DNA of 64,000 nucleotides from Escherichia coli (GTDB lineage: Bacteria > Pseudomonadota > Gammaproteobacteria > Enterobacterales > Enterobacteriaceae). The notes under the pieces are model-generated. The model searched no databases. It had not been told where the DNA came from and worked only from the letters and a program-made list of their open reading frames with translations. Below, piece by piece: positions 23,016 to 34,811 of this stretch (the stretch's first letter is position 1; each line of letters begins with the position of its first letter). The position numbers were made by a program, and so were the translations under genes. Location: NCBI RefSeq assembly GCF_016903815.1, contig NZ_CP069973.1, one strand, 5' to 3'.

Positions 23016-23966
23016 TTAATCGTCTTCTTCGTCATCCAGTTCAACGGGTGTCTGATATTGGTCAGGTTTAATGACCAGCAGGTCGCAGCGAAGATGATCA
23101 ATCACCTGTTCCGCCGTGTTGCCGAGGAATGCTGCTGAAATACCGGTGCGTCCGACCGTGCCCAGAACCACAATCCCCGCCTGTAAATGCTCCGCCAAAT
23201 CAGGAATCACCTCTTCTGGCAGACCTTTTTCTACGTGCGTCATGTTTTCATTAATGCCGAATTTCTGCCGCAGGGCTTTCATTGCCAGCAAATGTTGCCC
23301 ACGAATGGCATCGTTATAAACGCTCGGATCAAATTCCGGCAGTTCAATCGCGATATTAATTGGCGTTACCGGATAAGCGCCAACCAGATGAACTTCGGTA
23401 TGGTTGACTTGTTCCGCCAGTTCGATCGTCTCTTTGACCAGTTTTTCATTGAGCGCATTATGGTACGGCTCTTCACTGGCGAGATTCACCGCCACCAGCG
23501 CCTTACCCCCTTCCGGCCACGGCTGGTCTTTCACCATCCACACCGGGCTTGGGCATTTGCGTAACAGATGCCAGTCCGTTGGCGTAAAAATCACCGCTTC
23601 CAGACGGTCATGTTGGTGCGCCATTTTTAGCACCAAATCGTGCCCGCCGCTGATCACTTCCTGAATGATGGCTTCGAAAGGACGGTTATGCCAGACCACT
23701 TTAATTTCAATGGGAACGCCAGCATTGAGATAATATTTTGCCTGCTCGTGGATCCAGGCTGTACGCTGGCTGATGACGCCCTGACGCATAGCGGTACGTT
23801 CGTCCGGGGAGAGCAGGGTAGTCATTTCGTATGAGAAGTCATAGATCGGCAAAAAGGCTTTAATTTTGCCACCAATCCGTTGATGTAAATAAACAGCTCG
23901 CCGCAATGCTGGTTGGTCGTCCTGGTTAGGATCGATAACAACGAGCATGTTCTGATACATAGCCAT
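23016..23966 (-). CDS. uspE: Universal stress protein E (tandem Usp domains)
   Basis: 316 aa from [12 protein letters not shown] within ORF 23016-23993. Confidence 0.9.
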   Translation of the reverse strand: MAMYQNMLVVIDPNQDDQPALRRAVYLHQRIGGKIKAFLPIYDFSYEMTTLLSPDERTAMRQGVISQRTAWIHEQAKYYLNAGVPIEIKVVWHNRPFEAIIQEVISGGHDLVLKMAHQHDRLEAVIFTPTDWHLLRKCPSPVWMVKDQPWPEGGKALVAVNLASEEPYHNALNEKLVKETIELAEQVNHTEVHLVGAYPVTPINIAIELPEFDPSVYNDAIRGQHLLAMKALRQKFGINENMTHVEKGLPEEVIPDLAEHLQAGIVVLGTVGRTGISAAFLGNTAEQVIDHLRCDLLVIKPDQYQTPVELDDEEDD

Positions 23967-24117
23967 ACAGGGTCTCCTTACAACAACTGTCAACGCAGTT
24001 TGTAATTAAAAGATTAACCCATATCTGGTGAATGAAACAGTGATGAACCTTCTGCCAGATCAATAAATCAGAAAAATTTAATGATATGACAGAAGGATAG
24101 TGAGTTATGCGGAAAAA

Positions 24118-24870
24118 TCAGGCAACGTTACGCGTATGACCAGCAAGCTGGGCCAGCGCGTCGTTATTTTCGATGGTGATGTATTTACCTTTGACTGCCA
24201 GCATACCGCTTTTCTGGAAGCGACCCAGCAGACGGCTGATGGTTTCTACCGTCAGGCCCAGATAGTTACCGATATCGCCACGAGTCATCGTCAGGCGGAA
24301 TTCACGAGGGGAGAAGCCGCGTTGGGCAAAACGACGGGACAGGTTGTAGATGAATGCTGCCAGACGTTCCTCGGCATTTTTCTTCGACAACAGCAGGATC
24401 ATGTCCTGATCGCCTTTGATTTCACCGCTCATCAGACGCATCATCTGCTGACGCAGATTCGGCATTTTACCAGACAAATCGTCCAGCGTTTCGAACGGGA
24501 TTTCACATACCATCGAGGTTTCCAGCGCCTGCGCGAAGCTCGGGTGATGACCGCTGCCGATAGCGTCAAATCCCACCAGGTCGCCTGCTAAATGGAAACC
24601 AGTGATTTGCTCGTCGCCTTGCTCAGTGATGGTATAACTTTTAATCGTACCGGAGCGGATGGCATAAAGCGATTTAAGTTCATCTCCAGCCTTAAACAGC
24701 GTCTGGCCTTTCTGAATAGGCTTCTTCCGCTCAATGATATTATCAAGCTGATCAAGCTCATGTTCGTTGAGTGTGAACGGGATGCAAAGCTGGCTGATGC
24801 TGCAATCCTGGCAATGGATAGCACAACCGCCAGACTGAATGCGCCGTATAATTCGCTTTTCCGGGATCAT
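24118..24870 (-). CDS. fnr: Anaerobic global regulator FNR (Crp/Fnr family, Fe-S)
   Basis: 250 aa from [30 protein letters not shown]-terminal Cys cluster. Confidence 0.95.
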
Positions 24871-24889
24871 AGGTCTGCTCAAGCCGTAA

Positions 24890-24903
24890 TTGATATTTGT
24901 CAA
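24890..24903. promoter_or_regulatory. FNR box in the fnr promoter/leader (autoregulation)
   Basis: TTGATATTTGTCAA matches TTGAT-N4-ATCAA. Confidence 0.5.
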
Positions 24904-25064
24904 TTTTAACATCTTTTTAGGGAGCAAGTAAGTCTAAGCAAACCTTAACAGCAGAGAATTCCGATATTAGATGTAAATATATGTCTATCTATTTGAAAAC
25001 CCTTAAGTTGTTAAGGGTAACTTTACATAAAAGTGTGAACAAGCTGGCACAAATTGTTTAATGT

Positions 25065-25580
25065 TTACAGCAAAAGATAACCTTCGTGGCGTAATAACCA
25101 CTCTTTTCGCTGAACTCCGCCTGCATATCCGGTCATGGTACCGTTTCTGCCAATGACCCGATGACAAGGCACAACAATGCTGATGGGATTCGATCCGTTA
25201 GCCGCACCAACGGCACGCGCCGCGCCAGGGCGACCCAATTGTTCGGCCAGTTGACCGTAATGCATTACCTGCCCGCAGGGGATAGTACGTAGTGTTTTCC
25301 AGACTTCGCGCTGAAATGGCGTCCCCCCCGTGGCAGTGGGAAGCGTATCAATAATGCTAAGATTACCGGCAAAATATTCACGAAGCTTGTCGCTTAAACC
25401 ACCTGGGTTGGTGGCAGAAATGCGTTCATAGCCTTCTTTGCGGTAATGGATGTCCAGCAGCTGCACCATGCGTTCGCTGTACTCTTCCCATTCAACCGCC
25501 CGCAGGCGAAATTGCTCATCGCAAATCACCCACAGTGGACCCAGTGGCGTGACAATTTTTTCTTCAAGTAATCTCAGCAT
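25065..25580 (-). CDS. ogt: O6-methylguanine-DNA methyltransferase
   Basis: 171 aa; active-site PCHRV motif. Confidence 0.95.
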   Translation of the reverse strand: MLRLLEEKIVTPLGPLWVICDEQFRLRAVEWEEYSERMVQLLDIHYRKEGYERISATNPGGLSDKLREYFAGNLSIIDTLPTATGGTPFQREVWKTLRTIPCGQVMHYGQLAEQLGRPGAARAVGAANGSNPISIVVPCHRVIGRNGTMTGYAGGVQRKEWLLRHEGYLLL

Positions 25581-25590
25581 CCGTTCTCTC

Positions 25591-27117
25591 TTAAGACAAA
25601 CGTGGGTAAATCCCCGGACCTATCGGCAGACCGACAAGATACCACGCCAGCAACATCAGCAGCCATACCACCAAAAAGATAAGTGGATAGGGCAAAACTA
25701 ACGAATAGTAAGTACCCAGTTTCGCGTCTGGTTTGTAGCGTTGCAGGAATCCAAGAAACAGTGGAACAAAAGGAGATACCGGCGCTAAAGGCAATACGGA
25801 TGAGTCGGCAATACGAAAGAGGATTTGCGCAAATGCCGGGTGAAAGCCAAGTAGCATAAACATCGGTACGAAAATGGGGGCCAGAATCGACCAGATTGCG
25901 GAACCGCTGGCGATAAACATGCATAAGAAAGAGGAAAGCAACGCCAGACCGACAAACGCCGGGATGCCGCTAAGCCCTGAACTTTCCAGTATATCGGTCA
26001 GCCCCACGGCGATGAATTTCCCCATGTTGCTCCAGTTAAACATGGCGACAAACTGGGCGAGGGGAAAAACCATCACGATAAATCCCGCCATCTCTTTCAT
26101 CGGTTCAATCATTAATTGCGGTAAATCCGCCTGACGTCGAATTGTGCGGGTAGCGATGCCATAAGCCAGCGAGACCACAAAGAAAAAAAGAATGATCAGT
26201 GGCACGATACCTTTAATAAAGGGTGATGGCATCACGGTGTGATTAATCGGATCGCGCAATATCCCGTTTTCCGGGATCACCATCAGCGCAATCGCAGCAA
26301 TAAAAAGTAGCGATACGACACCTGCTATGCGTAAACCAAAACGCTGACTTTCGGTCAATGTCTGCAGTTTCTCATCGCTGTTTCCCTGCCATTGACCTAA
26401 CCGTGGCTCGATGATTTTGTCGGTTATCAGGCCGCCAACAATCGTCAGTACGACTACGGAGCTGGCCATAAAATACCAGTTATCAATTACACTGACGTGC
26501 ATTTGCGGATTGAACGCAGCCGCCGCTTCCGTGCTGATCCCCGACAGCAACACGTCGGTTGTGACAATCAGTAAATTAGCCGTAAAGCCGCAACCTACGC
26601 CTGCAATGGCAGCCAGTAAACCTGCAACTGGATGCCTGCCCACCGCCAGAAAAATCAGTGCACCCATCGGTGGCATGATCACTAACGCCGCATCGGAAGA
26701 AATGTGGCTGAAAAAAGCAATAAACAGCACCATATAACTGGCGTAGCGGGCATTAACATGCGATGCCATTTTAACCATCAACGCTGGCAGTAAGCCGACG
26801 CGCTCCGCCAGACCGGCACCTAAAACCAGCGCCAGGATCGCGCCAAGTGGAGCAAAACCGCTAAAGTTTTTAATAACATTGGGTAAAAACCAGTGTAATC
26901 CTTCCACACTGAGCAGGTTTTTCACGACCACCGGCGTACCATCGGTCGGGTTTTTCGCACTGACGCCAAAGGCCGACAAAATTGCCGTCGTAACCATGAG
27001 TACGATAATCAAATAGATAAAGAGCAAAAAAGGATGGGGAACCTTGTTACCAATTCTTTCGACCCAGCCATAGAGCTTCCCGGATTGGGAGGACGACGGT
27101 ATGGATGACATACTCAT
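25591..27117 (-). CDS. abgT: p-Aminobenzoyl-glutamate transporter (AbgT family)
   Basis: 508 aa; polytopic membrane protein; abg operon. Confidence 0.9.
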   Translation of the reverse strand: MSMSSIPSSSQSGKLYGWVERIGNKVPHPFLLFIYLIIVLMVTTAILSAFGVSAKNPTDGTPVVVKNLLSVEGLHWFLPNVIKNFSGFAPLGAILALVLGAGLAERVGLLPALMVKMASHVNARYASYMVLFIAFFSHISSDAALVIMPPMGALIFLAVGRHPVAGLLAAIAGVGCGFTANLLIVTTDVLLSGISTEAAAAFNPQMHVSVIDNWYFMASSVVVLTIVGGLITDKIIEPRLGQWQGNSDEKLQTLTESQRFGLRIAGVVSLLFIAAIALMVIPENGILRDPINHTVMPSPFIKGIVPLIILFFFVVSLAYGIATRTIRRQADLPQLMIEPMKEMAGFIVMVFPLAQFVAMFNWSNMGKFIAVGLTDILESSGLSGIPAFVGLALLSSFLCMFIASGSAIWSILAPIFVPMFMLLGFHPAFAQILFRIADSSVLPLAPVSPFVPLFLGFLQRYKPDAKLGTYYSLVLPYPLIFLVVWLLMLLAWYLVGLPIGPGIYPRLS

Positions 27118-27153
27118 GGGCATTCCTCGTTTGTTGTGTTTGCGTTGTTGTTG

Positions 27154-28599
27154 TTATTTTAAAGGTGACGGTGTCACGTTTTTCGGGATAGGGCAGTGAT
27201 ACGGTTGCGTGTCCGTAACTTGCTGATGCTCTTGTTGGCATTCTTGCAATAGCCCTGAATCAATGAAGAGATTAAGTGTGGTTGCTGCCATAGTTTTCGC
27301 CGCCAGCAGCATTCCTTTATGAGCAATAGATGTTCGCCCCTGGCTAACCAGTTGCCACGTATGTAGCGGGGTACCGACGGCAAAGCAGGGGCTGAAACAC
27401 TGGGCAACAGGCAGTTTCCAACTGACGTCGCCGACATCAGTCGATGCCGCAAGCACGTTATCGGTGGCGGCATATGGAGCGACTTCATTCGCCAGTACCG
27501 TTTCACGATGACGTAGTGCAAAAGCCTTGCCGTTTTCGCCACCGGTTGCAGCGATATTATTCAGACTGTTTTGCCGATCGTTGGGGGTGAGCGTAGCCTG
27601 AATTTGTTTCGCAAAAGCCAGTTCTTCGCAGTTCCATTCCGGGGTACCAAAATGGGATAGGGCTCGGTACATGGCATTTTCTAAGGTGCGATTCGGGAGA
27701 TAACTGGAACAGGCTTTGTCGAAGCGGCATTCAACCGTGGTTTCGGTCATCAATGCCGCACCTTCGGCGATTTTGGCGACCCGATCATAAATATGCTGCA
27801 CATCGGTCATTTCGGGGGCGCGGATAAGATAAAGCACTTCTGCCTGCGCCTGGACCACGTTGGGCGAGATCCCGCCGCTATCTGTGATGGCATAGTGTAC
27901 GCGCGCTTTTTCAATAATATGTTCGTTGAGGAAGTTGGTGCCAGTGGTCATCAACGTTACGGCATCAAGGGCGCTGCGTCCCAAATGAGGGGAATTCGCG
28001 GCATGTGCTGCGATCCCTTTAAAGCGCCATGATGCCTGAATGTTTGCCAGCGTGCGGGTATTGAACATACCGGCAAAGGCTTCCGGGTGCCAGGTGAGTG
28101 CCGCATCCACATCATCAAATACCCCCTCGCGGACCATGAACGTTTTACCCGAGCCGCCTTCTTCGCCAGGACAACCATAAAAGCGCACCGTGCCGCATTG
28201 CCCATATTGTTCCAGCCATTTCTTGACGGCTATTGCTGCGGCAAAGGCGGCGGTTCCCAGCAAATTGTGTCCGCAACCGTGACCATTTTCACCGGGCGTC
28301 GCGGATGTAGGTTGCGCGCAACCTGCTTGCTGACTTAAACCTGCCAGGGCGTCATATTCCCCCAGCAGGGCGATAACCGGTTTGCCTTGACCAAACGAAG
28401 CAATAAAGGCATTTGGGATATTGCCTACGTTGCGGGTAACGGTGAAGCCTGCAGACTCCAGCGCCGAAGCCAGATGCTCCGCTGACCAGAACTCTTCAAA
28501 ACGTGTTTCTGGATGATCCCAGATTTGATCGGCAATATCGGTATAACGTTGGCGATCGGCTTCAATCGCATCGTCGATAAAACGATAGATTTCCTGCAT
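27154..28599 (-). CDS. abgB: p-Aminobenzoyl-glutamate hydrolase subunit B (M20 peptidase)
   Basis: 481 aa; M20 metal-binding motifs. Confidence 0.9.
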   Translation of the reverse strand: MQEIYRFIDDAIEADRQRYTDIADQIWDHPETRFEEFWSAEHLASALESAGFTVTRNVGNIPNAFIASFGQGKPVIALLGEYDALAGLSQQAGCAQPTSATPGENGHGCGHNLLGTAAFAAAIAVKKWLEQYGQCGTVRFYGCPGEEGGSGKTFMVREGVFDDVDAALTWHPEAFAGMFNTRTLANIQASWRFKGIAAHAANSPHLGRSALDAVTLMTTGTNFLNEHIIEKARVHYAITDSGGISPNVVQAQAEVLYLIRAPEMTDVQHIYDRVAKIAEGAALMTETTVECRFDKACSSYLPNRTLENAMYRALSHFGTPEWNCEELAFAKQIQATLTPNDRQNSLNNIAATGGENGKAFALRHRETVLANEVAPYAATDNVLAASTDVGDVSWKLPVAQCFSPCFAVGTPLHTWQLVSQGRTSIAHKGMLLAAKTMAATTLNLFIDSGLLQECQQEHQQVTDTQPYHCPIPKNVTPSPLK

Positions 28600-29909
28600 C
28601 AGATACCTCGCGTCCAGGGAAAATTGAGCGCGGTGCGCGCCAGCGTTTCGACGGCAATAGCGAGAACCTGCTCGTCAAAATCGAATTTTTCGTTGTGATG
28701 ACCTGCCGCCAGCTGTGTGCCAAACACCATATAGGAGGCTTGCCCTTGATGTTGCTGCACGCGGGCCATCATTAATGTGGCATCTTCGGAACCCGCAGGC
28801 GCTTCAACACGTTCAATGGCTTGATTGACCCCCGGGACCTGAGCTGCCTGACTTTGCAACCATGCGACCCATTGCGGCGAAGGAGAACTGGCGGTAGCTG
28901 CACCCATCAGACGAGTTTCAACGCCGACACCATACATGGTTGCTGCGCCCTGAATCGCTTGTTGTGCACGTTCAAAAACATATTGATTAATGACGTCGCT
29001 GGCCCCGCGTGTTTCCACTTTCAGCAACGCTGAGGCGGGAACAACATTACGACCGCTTCCTGCCTGCATAACGCCCACGTTTACTCTGGAAGCGCCTTCG
29101 CTGTGCGGGGCGATTGCATGCAGTGCAAGAGTTGCTTGTGCTGCCGCCAACAAGGCATTGTGACCGTCTTCTGGTTTTGCGCCTGCGTGAGCGGCGGTCC
29201 CGGTGAAGTGCGCGTCAAATTTGGTGGTTGCCATAAAATTATCACTGCCGCACACCACGGTGCCCGCAGGTACGCCAGTGCCAATGTGCACGGCAGTAAA
29301 ATAATCAACATCATCCACTACACCTGCATCGACCATCGCCCGCGCGCCACGCGTACCTTCTTCTGCAGGTTGAAAAATCAGTTTGATGACGCCATGTAGT
29401 CCGGACTCGAACTGTTTAAGGGTATGCGCCAGCCCAAGTCCAATGGCGGTATGTCCATCATGACCACAGGCATGCATCATTCCGGCGTTACATGACGCAA
29501 AACCGTCGCGGTAGGGGCGATGGCTGACATCCCGTTCTTCACTGAGATCCAGCGCGTCCATATCGACACGGAAAGCCATCACCGGACCGGGGCGACCGGT
29601 ATCCAGGGTAGCGACGATGCCAGTGAAACCGCCTTCAAAAGCCGCAATCCATTGTTCTAGCGCACCCTGTTGACGAGCGCGCTCGAATTCGCGTTGTAGA
29701 GTGAATTCATCAGGTAATCCCATCCGGCTACTTTCATTAACTACTTCGCGGCCCAGCGCCAGTGAATAACCGAGCTGGTGCAATTCTTCCGCAACAAGGG
29801 TGGCAGTGCGGAATTCCACCCAGCCAGACTCTGCATAGTGGTGAAAATCACGTCGCCAGTGCGATAATTTTGGGGCAAACGAATTAACAAATTGATTCAA
29901 AGACTCCAT
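28599..29909 (-). CDS. abgA: p-Aminobenzoyl-glutamate hydrolase subunit A (M20 peptidase)
   Basis: 436 aa from MESLNQFVNSF; 1 nt overlap with abgB. Confidence 0.9.
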   Translation of the reverse strand: MESLNQFVNSFAPKLSHWRRDFHHYAESGWVEFRTATLVAEELHQLGYSLALGREVVNESSRMGLPDEFTLQREFERARQQGALEQWIAAFEGGFTGIVATLDTGRPGPVMAFRVDMDALDLSEERDVSHRPYRDGFASCNAGMMHACGHDGHTAIGLGLAHTLKQFESGLHGVIKLIFQPAEEGTRGARAMVDAGVVDDVDYFTAVHIGTGVPAGTVVCGSDNFMATTKFDAHFTGTAAHAGAKPEDGHNALLAAAQATLALHAIAPHSEGASRVNVGVMQAGSGRNVVPASALLKVETRGASDVINQYVFERAQQAIQGAATMYGVGVETRLMGAATASSPSPQWVAWLQSQAAQVPGVNQAIERVEAPAGSEDATLMMARVQQHQGQASYMVFGTQLAAGHHNEKFDFDEQVLAIAVETLARTALNFPWTRGI

Positions 29910-30084
29910 AACCTTTCCCGTCATCAGTAAAAAGTGTGACCCGGTTCACGTAGCGATAGTTTTTACTTATCACTAACTGATTTTTCACAGTTTTAACCGT
30001 TCATAAATTACCCTGACACAATCATCTGCATTAAAGTAGATGCCAGTTTCTTTGGTCTGATAAATAACGGTTATCGGTGGCGTC

Positions 30085-30993
30085 ATGGCTTTTCAGGTAA
30101 AAATTCATCAAATTCGGGCTTTTGTTGAAGTGGCTCGTCAGGGCAGCATTCGCGGAGCGAGCCGAATGTTGAATATGTCGCAACCGGCACTGAGTAAATC
30201 TATTCAGGAGCTGGAAGAAGGGTTGGCGGCACAACTCTTTTTTCGCCGTAGTAAAGGCGTGACGTTAACTGATGCCGGTGAAAGTTTTTATCAGCACGCC
30301 AGTCTTATTCTTGAAGAGCTGCGCGCAGCGCAAGAGGATATTCGCCAACGACAAGGGCAACTGGCAGGGCAAATTAATATCGGCATGGGGGCCAGTATTT
30401 CCCGCAGTCTGATGCCAGCTGTCATATCTCGTTTTCATCAGCAGCATCCGCAGGTAAAAGTACGCATTATGGAAGGGCAACTGGTGTCGATGATTAATGA
30501 ATTGCGCCAGGGAGAACTGGATTTCACCATCAATACCTATTATCAGGGACCCTACGACCACGAATTTACTTTTGAGAAATTACTGGAAAAGCAATTCGCG
30601 ATCTTTTGCCGCCCGGGACATCCCGCCATTGGTGCCCGTTCGATCAAACAGTTACTGGACTACAGCTGGACAATGCCGACGCCACACGGCAGCTACTACA
30701 AACAGTTGAGTGAATTGCTTGACGATCAGGCGCAAACGCCACAGGTCGGTGTAGTCTGCGAGACGTTCTCAGCCTGTATCAGTCTGGTGGCAAAAAGCGA
30801 TTTTCTCAGCATACTACCTGAAGAAATGGGCTGCGATCCCTTGCACGGACAGGGGCTGGTGATGTTGCCGGTTAGCGAAATTTTACCGAAAGCGACCTAT
30901 TATTTGATTCAGCGGCGTGATAGTCGCCAGACACCACTGACCGCGTCATTAATCACGCAATTTCGGCGAGAATGCGGCTATCTGCAAAGTTAA
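30085..30993 (+). CDS. abgR: LysR-family regulator of the abg operon
   Basis: 302 aa; LysR HTH; divergent from abgA. Confidence 0.9.
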   Translation: MAFQVKIHQIRAFVEVARQGSIRGASRMLNMSQPALSKSIQELEEGLAAQLFFRRSKGVTLTDAGESFYQHASLILEELRAAQEDIRQRQGQLAGQINIGMGASISRSLMPAVISRFHQQHPQVKVRIMEGQLVSMINELRQGELDFTINTYYQGPYDHEFTFEKLLEKQFAIFCRPGHPAIGARSIKQLLDYSWTMPTPHGSYYKQLSELLDDQAQTPQVGVVCETFSACISLVAKSDFLSILPEEMGCDPLHGQGLVMLPVSEILPKATYYLIQRRDSRQTPLTASLITQFRRECGYLQS

Positions 30994-31001
30994 AACTGCA
31001 T

Positions 31002-31095
31002 AAAAAAATAGAGCCTGTCGACATCCGCCAGACTCTACAGTACACACAGCAGTGCATCCTCGTCTTAAATCCGGCCTGGGGTCCTGGTGGCCGGT
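31002..31095 (-). ncRNA. mcaS: McaS (IsrA) small regulatory RNA
   Basis: Minus-strand sequence matches remembered McaS; terminal hairpin followed by U7. Confidence 0.7.
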
Positions 31096-31165
31096 GACAG
31101 TGTTATAACGGTTTTACCCATCCGTTGCCAATTTTCTTCAGTGACAGATTTCACGAAAATATAAG

Positions 31166-31981
31166 TTAAATCATTTGTCTTGTGATTGCATAATCATGCA
31201 TCGTTAATCGACGAGTAAATTTACCGGGCGAGTAGCCCGTTCGACGCTTAAACATATTGCCGAACGATTCAGCTGAGGCATAGCCCAGACGATGGGCAAT
31301 TTTGGTCAACGAATATCCATCATCAAGAAGCGTCACTGCAGAAATAACGTGCATTTGCTGAACCCAGTGGCGAAATGTTAATCCCGTCTCTTTAACAAAT
31401 AAGCGCATGAGTGTACGGCTACTGACGTTAATTTTATCCGCTAGATTATCCAGTGTTGGCAGATACCCTTGGTTGTTTAGCAAATTCTCACAAAGCTGCT
31501 GTAGCCGCTCATCATTTGGCCAAGGGAGTTCAAGTGACATTTTCACCCCCATTTTTATTTCCTGAAGTATCAGTGTCTCGAGGGCTGAAAAACGTAACTG
31601 TTGTTTATCTGTGGTACTTTGCGACGGTGGAAGTTGGTTAATTGCAATTAGTAATTCCCTTAACAGGGGTGAAATACCCGTCATGAAGCAAACTTTTCCC
31701 AGCGTTTCACTTTCCGCTTCTGAAACCAGTACGGTTTTTAAAAGTACGTTGCCTGTCGCAACAAACTTATGCGGCATTTGTGGGGGCAGCCAAAGCGCGC
31801 TGCTGGCATGCACTAACCAGACGCTTTCTCCAGCCCATACACGAACGACTCCTTCAGCCGGGTAAAGCAACTGGGCATAGAGATGTTTATGCCAGGGAAC
31901 TGTGCCTCCATTCAGATGTTCCGAATCCAGTCCGATAATGTGATGCCCTGGTGATGCTTTGGGTTGCAGTGTGATTGTCAT
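31166..31981 (-). CDS. AraC/XylS-family regulator with cupin-like N-domain
   Basis: 271 aa; C-terminal double HTH; divergent from the efflux genes. Confidence 0.8.
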   Translation of the reverse strand: MTITLQPKASPGHHIIGLDSEHLNGGTVPWHKHLYAQLLYPAEGVVRVWAGESVWLVHASSALWLPPQMPHKFVATGNVLLKTVLVSEAESETLGKVCFMTGISPLLRELLIAINQLPPSQSTTDKQQLRFSALETLILQEIKMGVKMSLELPWPNDERLQQLCENLLNNQGYLPTLDNLADKINVSSRTLMRLFVKETGLTFRHWVQQMHVISAVTLLDDGYSLTKIAHRLGYASAESFGNMFKRRTGYSPGKFTRRLTMHDYAITRQMI

Positions 31982-32077
31982 TTACAGTAGGTATTTTGTC
32001 AGAAATCATCAAATAAGCCATGTTAAATTTTAAATATGACGAATGCAAGTTTCCGGATATATACGGTGTAAAGAGTG

Positions 32078-33106
32078 ATGATAATTTCTAAAAAACAGCT
32101 TATTGGGGTGGTAGCGATCGGTATTATTTTGGCTGGCGTTGCCTTTTTTATCTGGTGGGTAAGCAAAGGAAGATTTATACAGACGACGGATGATGCTTAC
32201 ATTGGTGGTAATATCACCACGGTGGCAAGTAAAGTTTCTGGTTATATTTCTGCTATAGAGGTGCGCGATAATCAGAGCGTAAAAAAAGGCGATATTATCC
32301 TGCGTCTCGATGATCGGGATTATCGTGCAAATGTCGCCAGGCTTGAGGCAAAAATAAAAAGTAGCAAAGCCAATCTCGAAAGCATTCAAGCCACTATTAC
32401 GATGCAGCAGTCGATAATTCAAAGTGCCAGTGAAACATGGCAGGCAGTAAAACATGAGGAGCAAAAGCGCCTGCGAGATACTGAACGTTATGAAAAACTC
32501 GCACAATCAGCGGCAATATCGCAACAAGTTATTGATAACGCAAGGTTTGACTACCAGCAGGTCACAGCAAAGGAGCGCAAAGCCGCGAACGATTTCATGG
32601 TGGAGAAGCAACGGCTGGCAGTTTTATCTGCTCAGGAAGAAAACGTACGTGCAAGTATCGAAGAAGTTCAGGCCGCTTTGACTCAGGCACTACTGGATCT
32701 GGAATATACCCTTGTTCGTGCGCCGATTGATGGCATTGTCGCAAACCGCAGCGCCCATACAGGCAGTTGGGTGGAAGGCGGCACATCGTTAGTTTCACTA
32801 GTACCAGTCAGTGAGTTGTGGGTTGATGCAAATTATAAAGAAAACCAAATAGCGGGAATGAAGCCAGGAATGAAGGCTGAGATCCGTGCTGATATTCTCA
32901 AAGGGGAAGTGTTTCACGGTCACATTGAAAGCCTTTCCCCAGCGACAGGAGCCAGTTTCAGCTTGATTCCGATAGAAAATGCCACTGGCAATTTCACCAA
33001 AATTGTTCAGCGTGTCCCGGTACGGATTGCATTTGACGACGCAAAGGAATTAAAGCAACTTCTTCGCCCGGGGCTGTCCGTCACCGTCAGTGTTGATGAG
33101 AGATGA
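32078..33106 (+). CDS. HlyD/EmrA-family membrane fusion protein of a multidrug efflux pump
   Basis: about 342 aa; N-terminal TM anchor, coiled coil, beta-barrel region like EmrA/EmrK. Confidence 0.8.
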   Translation: MIISKKQLIGVVAIGIILAGVAFFIWWVSKGRFIQTTDDAYIGGNITTVASKVSGYISAIEVRDNQSVKKGDIILRLDDRDYRANVARLEAKIKSSKANLESIQATITMQQSIIQSASETWQAVKHEEQKRLRDTERYEKLAQSAAISQQVIDNARFDYQQVTAKERKAANDFMVEKQRLAVLSAQEENVRASIEEVQAALTQALLDLEYTLVRAPIDGIVANRSAHTGSWVEGGTSLVSLVPVSELWVDANYKENQIAGMKPGMKAEIRADILKGEVFHGHIESLSPATGASFSLIPIENATGNFTKIVQRVPVRIAFDDAKELKQLLRPGLSVTVSVDER

Positions 33107-34617
33107 TGTCTATGCGTAAACATATTGCTTTCGCCAGTATGTGTATGGGATTATTTATTGCTCAGCTTGATATTCAAATTGTATCGTCATCCCTAAATGA
33201 AATAGGTGGTGGTCTGTCCGCAGGTAAAGACGAAATGGCCTGGCTTCAGACCAGCTATTTAATTGCTGAGATTATTGTTATTCCGCTCTCTGGGTGGCTG
33301 TCACGGGTATTTTCCACTCGTTGGCTTTTTACTCTATCCGCGGGAATATTTACTTTAATGAGTATCGCGTGTGGACTTGCATGGAATATTCAGATCATGA
33401 TTTTGTTTCGTGCTTTACAGGGAGCGGCTGGCGCATCCATGATCCCTTTAGTTTTCACGACGGCGTTTATTTATTACCAGGGTAAAGAGTTGGGGTTGGC
33501 TGCTGCGGTAGTCAGTGCGCTGGCCTCACTGTCACCGACGCTAGGGCCAACTCTGGGGGGCTGGATCACTGATAACCTCGACTGGCGATGGCTATTTTAT
33601 ATCAATATATTACCTGGCATATATTTAGTTTTGAGTATTCCTTTTCTGGTTAATTTTGATAAACCTGATCTCTCTTTACTGAAAGTTGCTGATTATCCGA
33701 GTATTATCCTGTTGGCCATGACACTGGGATGTCTGGAATATACCCTTGAAGAAGGAGCGCGCTGGGGATGGCTGGATGATAATACTATTTTGCTGACATC
33801 AGTTCTGGCATTGGTGAGTTTTATTTTATTTGCTGCGCGTACACTTACAATATCCAATCCGATAATGGATCTTCATGCTTTTAAGGATAAAAATTTCACG
33901 CTGGGATGTTTTTTTTCTTTTTCTGGAGGGGTTGGGATATTCTCTACTGTATATTTAATACCTATGTTTTTGGGGCAGGTTCGCGGATTAAATGCCGAAG
34001 AGATAGGTTTTGCCGTTTGCACAACAGGTATTTTCCAGTTATTTTCTGTTCCCTTTTACTTCTGGTTAAGTAAAAAAATAAATCTGCGATGGCTGTTGAT
34101 GGCGGGGCTGGGTGGGTTTGTGTTTTCAATGTATCTTTTTACCCCTATAACCCACGAATGGGGATGGCAGGAGTTACTGTTTCCACAGGCAATTAGAGGG
34201 ATTTCGCAGCAGTTTGCGATGGCCCCCATCGTAACATTAACGCTGGGGGGAACTCCAAAAGAACGGCTGAAGTTAGCCTCTGGTGTATTTAATTTAACAC
34301 GTAATCTTGGGGGCGCGATTGGTATTGCCCTGTGTGGCTCTATTCTCAATAATCGAACTAATTTTCATTTTTCGAGAATGGGTGAAAAAATGGTTTCTGT
34401 TCCCCATACGGTGAATGACTTCATTTCCAGAAGTGCTTTGTTTTTTAATCGCAGTGGAAGTGACCAGACATCGGAAATACTAGCTTCAACCAAATTATTG
34501 AGTCAATTGATGCTGAGGGAGGCGCAAACTATGGCATTTTCGGATACCTTTCTGCTAATCAGTGGTCTGTTATTTATCGCATTTTTGTTGGTTCCTGCTA
34601 TGAATAAATCATCCTGA
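33103..34617 (+). CDS. MFS DHA2-family (EmrB/EmrY-like, 14-TMS) efflux transporter
   Basis: 504 aa; LDIQIVSSSL / GLFIAQLD motifs; 4 nt overlap with the fusion-protein gene; low GC. Confidence 0.8.
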   Translation: MMSMRKHIAFASMCMGLFIAQLDIQIVSSSLNEIGGGLSAGKDEMAWLQTSYLIAEIIVIPLSGWLSRVFSTRWLFTLSAGIFTLMSIACGLAWNIQIMILFRALQGAAGASMIPLVFTTAFIYYQGKELGLAAAVVSALASLSPTLGPTLGGWITDNLDWRWLFYINILPGIYLVLSIPFLVNFDKPDLSLLKVADYPSIILLAMTLGCLEYTLEEGARWGWLDDNTILLTSVLALVSFILFAARTLTISNPIMDLHAFKDKNFTLGCFFSFSGGVGIFSTVYLIPMFLGQVRGLNAEEIGFAVCTTGIFQLFSVPFYFWLSKKINLRWLLMAGLGGFVFSMYLFTPITHEWGWQELLFPQAIRGISQQFAMAPIVTLTLGGTPKERLKLASGVFNLTRNLGGAIGIALCGSILNNRTNFHFSRMGEKMVSVPHTVNDFISRSALFFNRSGSDQTSEILASTKLLSQLMLREAQTMAFSDTFLLISGLLFIAFLLVPAMNKSS

Positions 34618-34811
34618 TCGGAGCCTGTGCTGAATTAAACTCGGGCTAAACTGTTCGATACTGCTAACAGGCTAGTATAAAATGCCCCGCCTGCGCAGAT
34701 ACTCACAGGTATGAAGTAGAGTATTGTTTCAATCTGTGAAGGGAACGATGCAGTAAGTATGAACAATTAACCCGTCTGAATCACGACGTGTGAAGCTGCA
34801 TAGGAGGTTAC

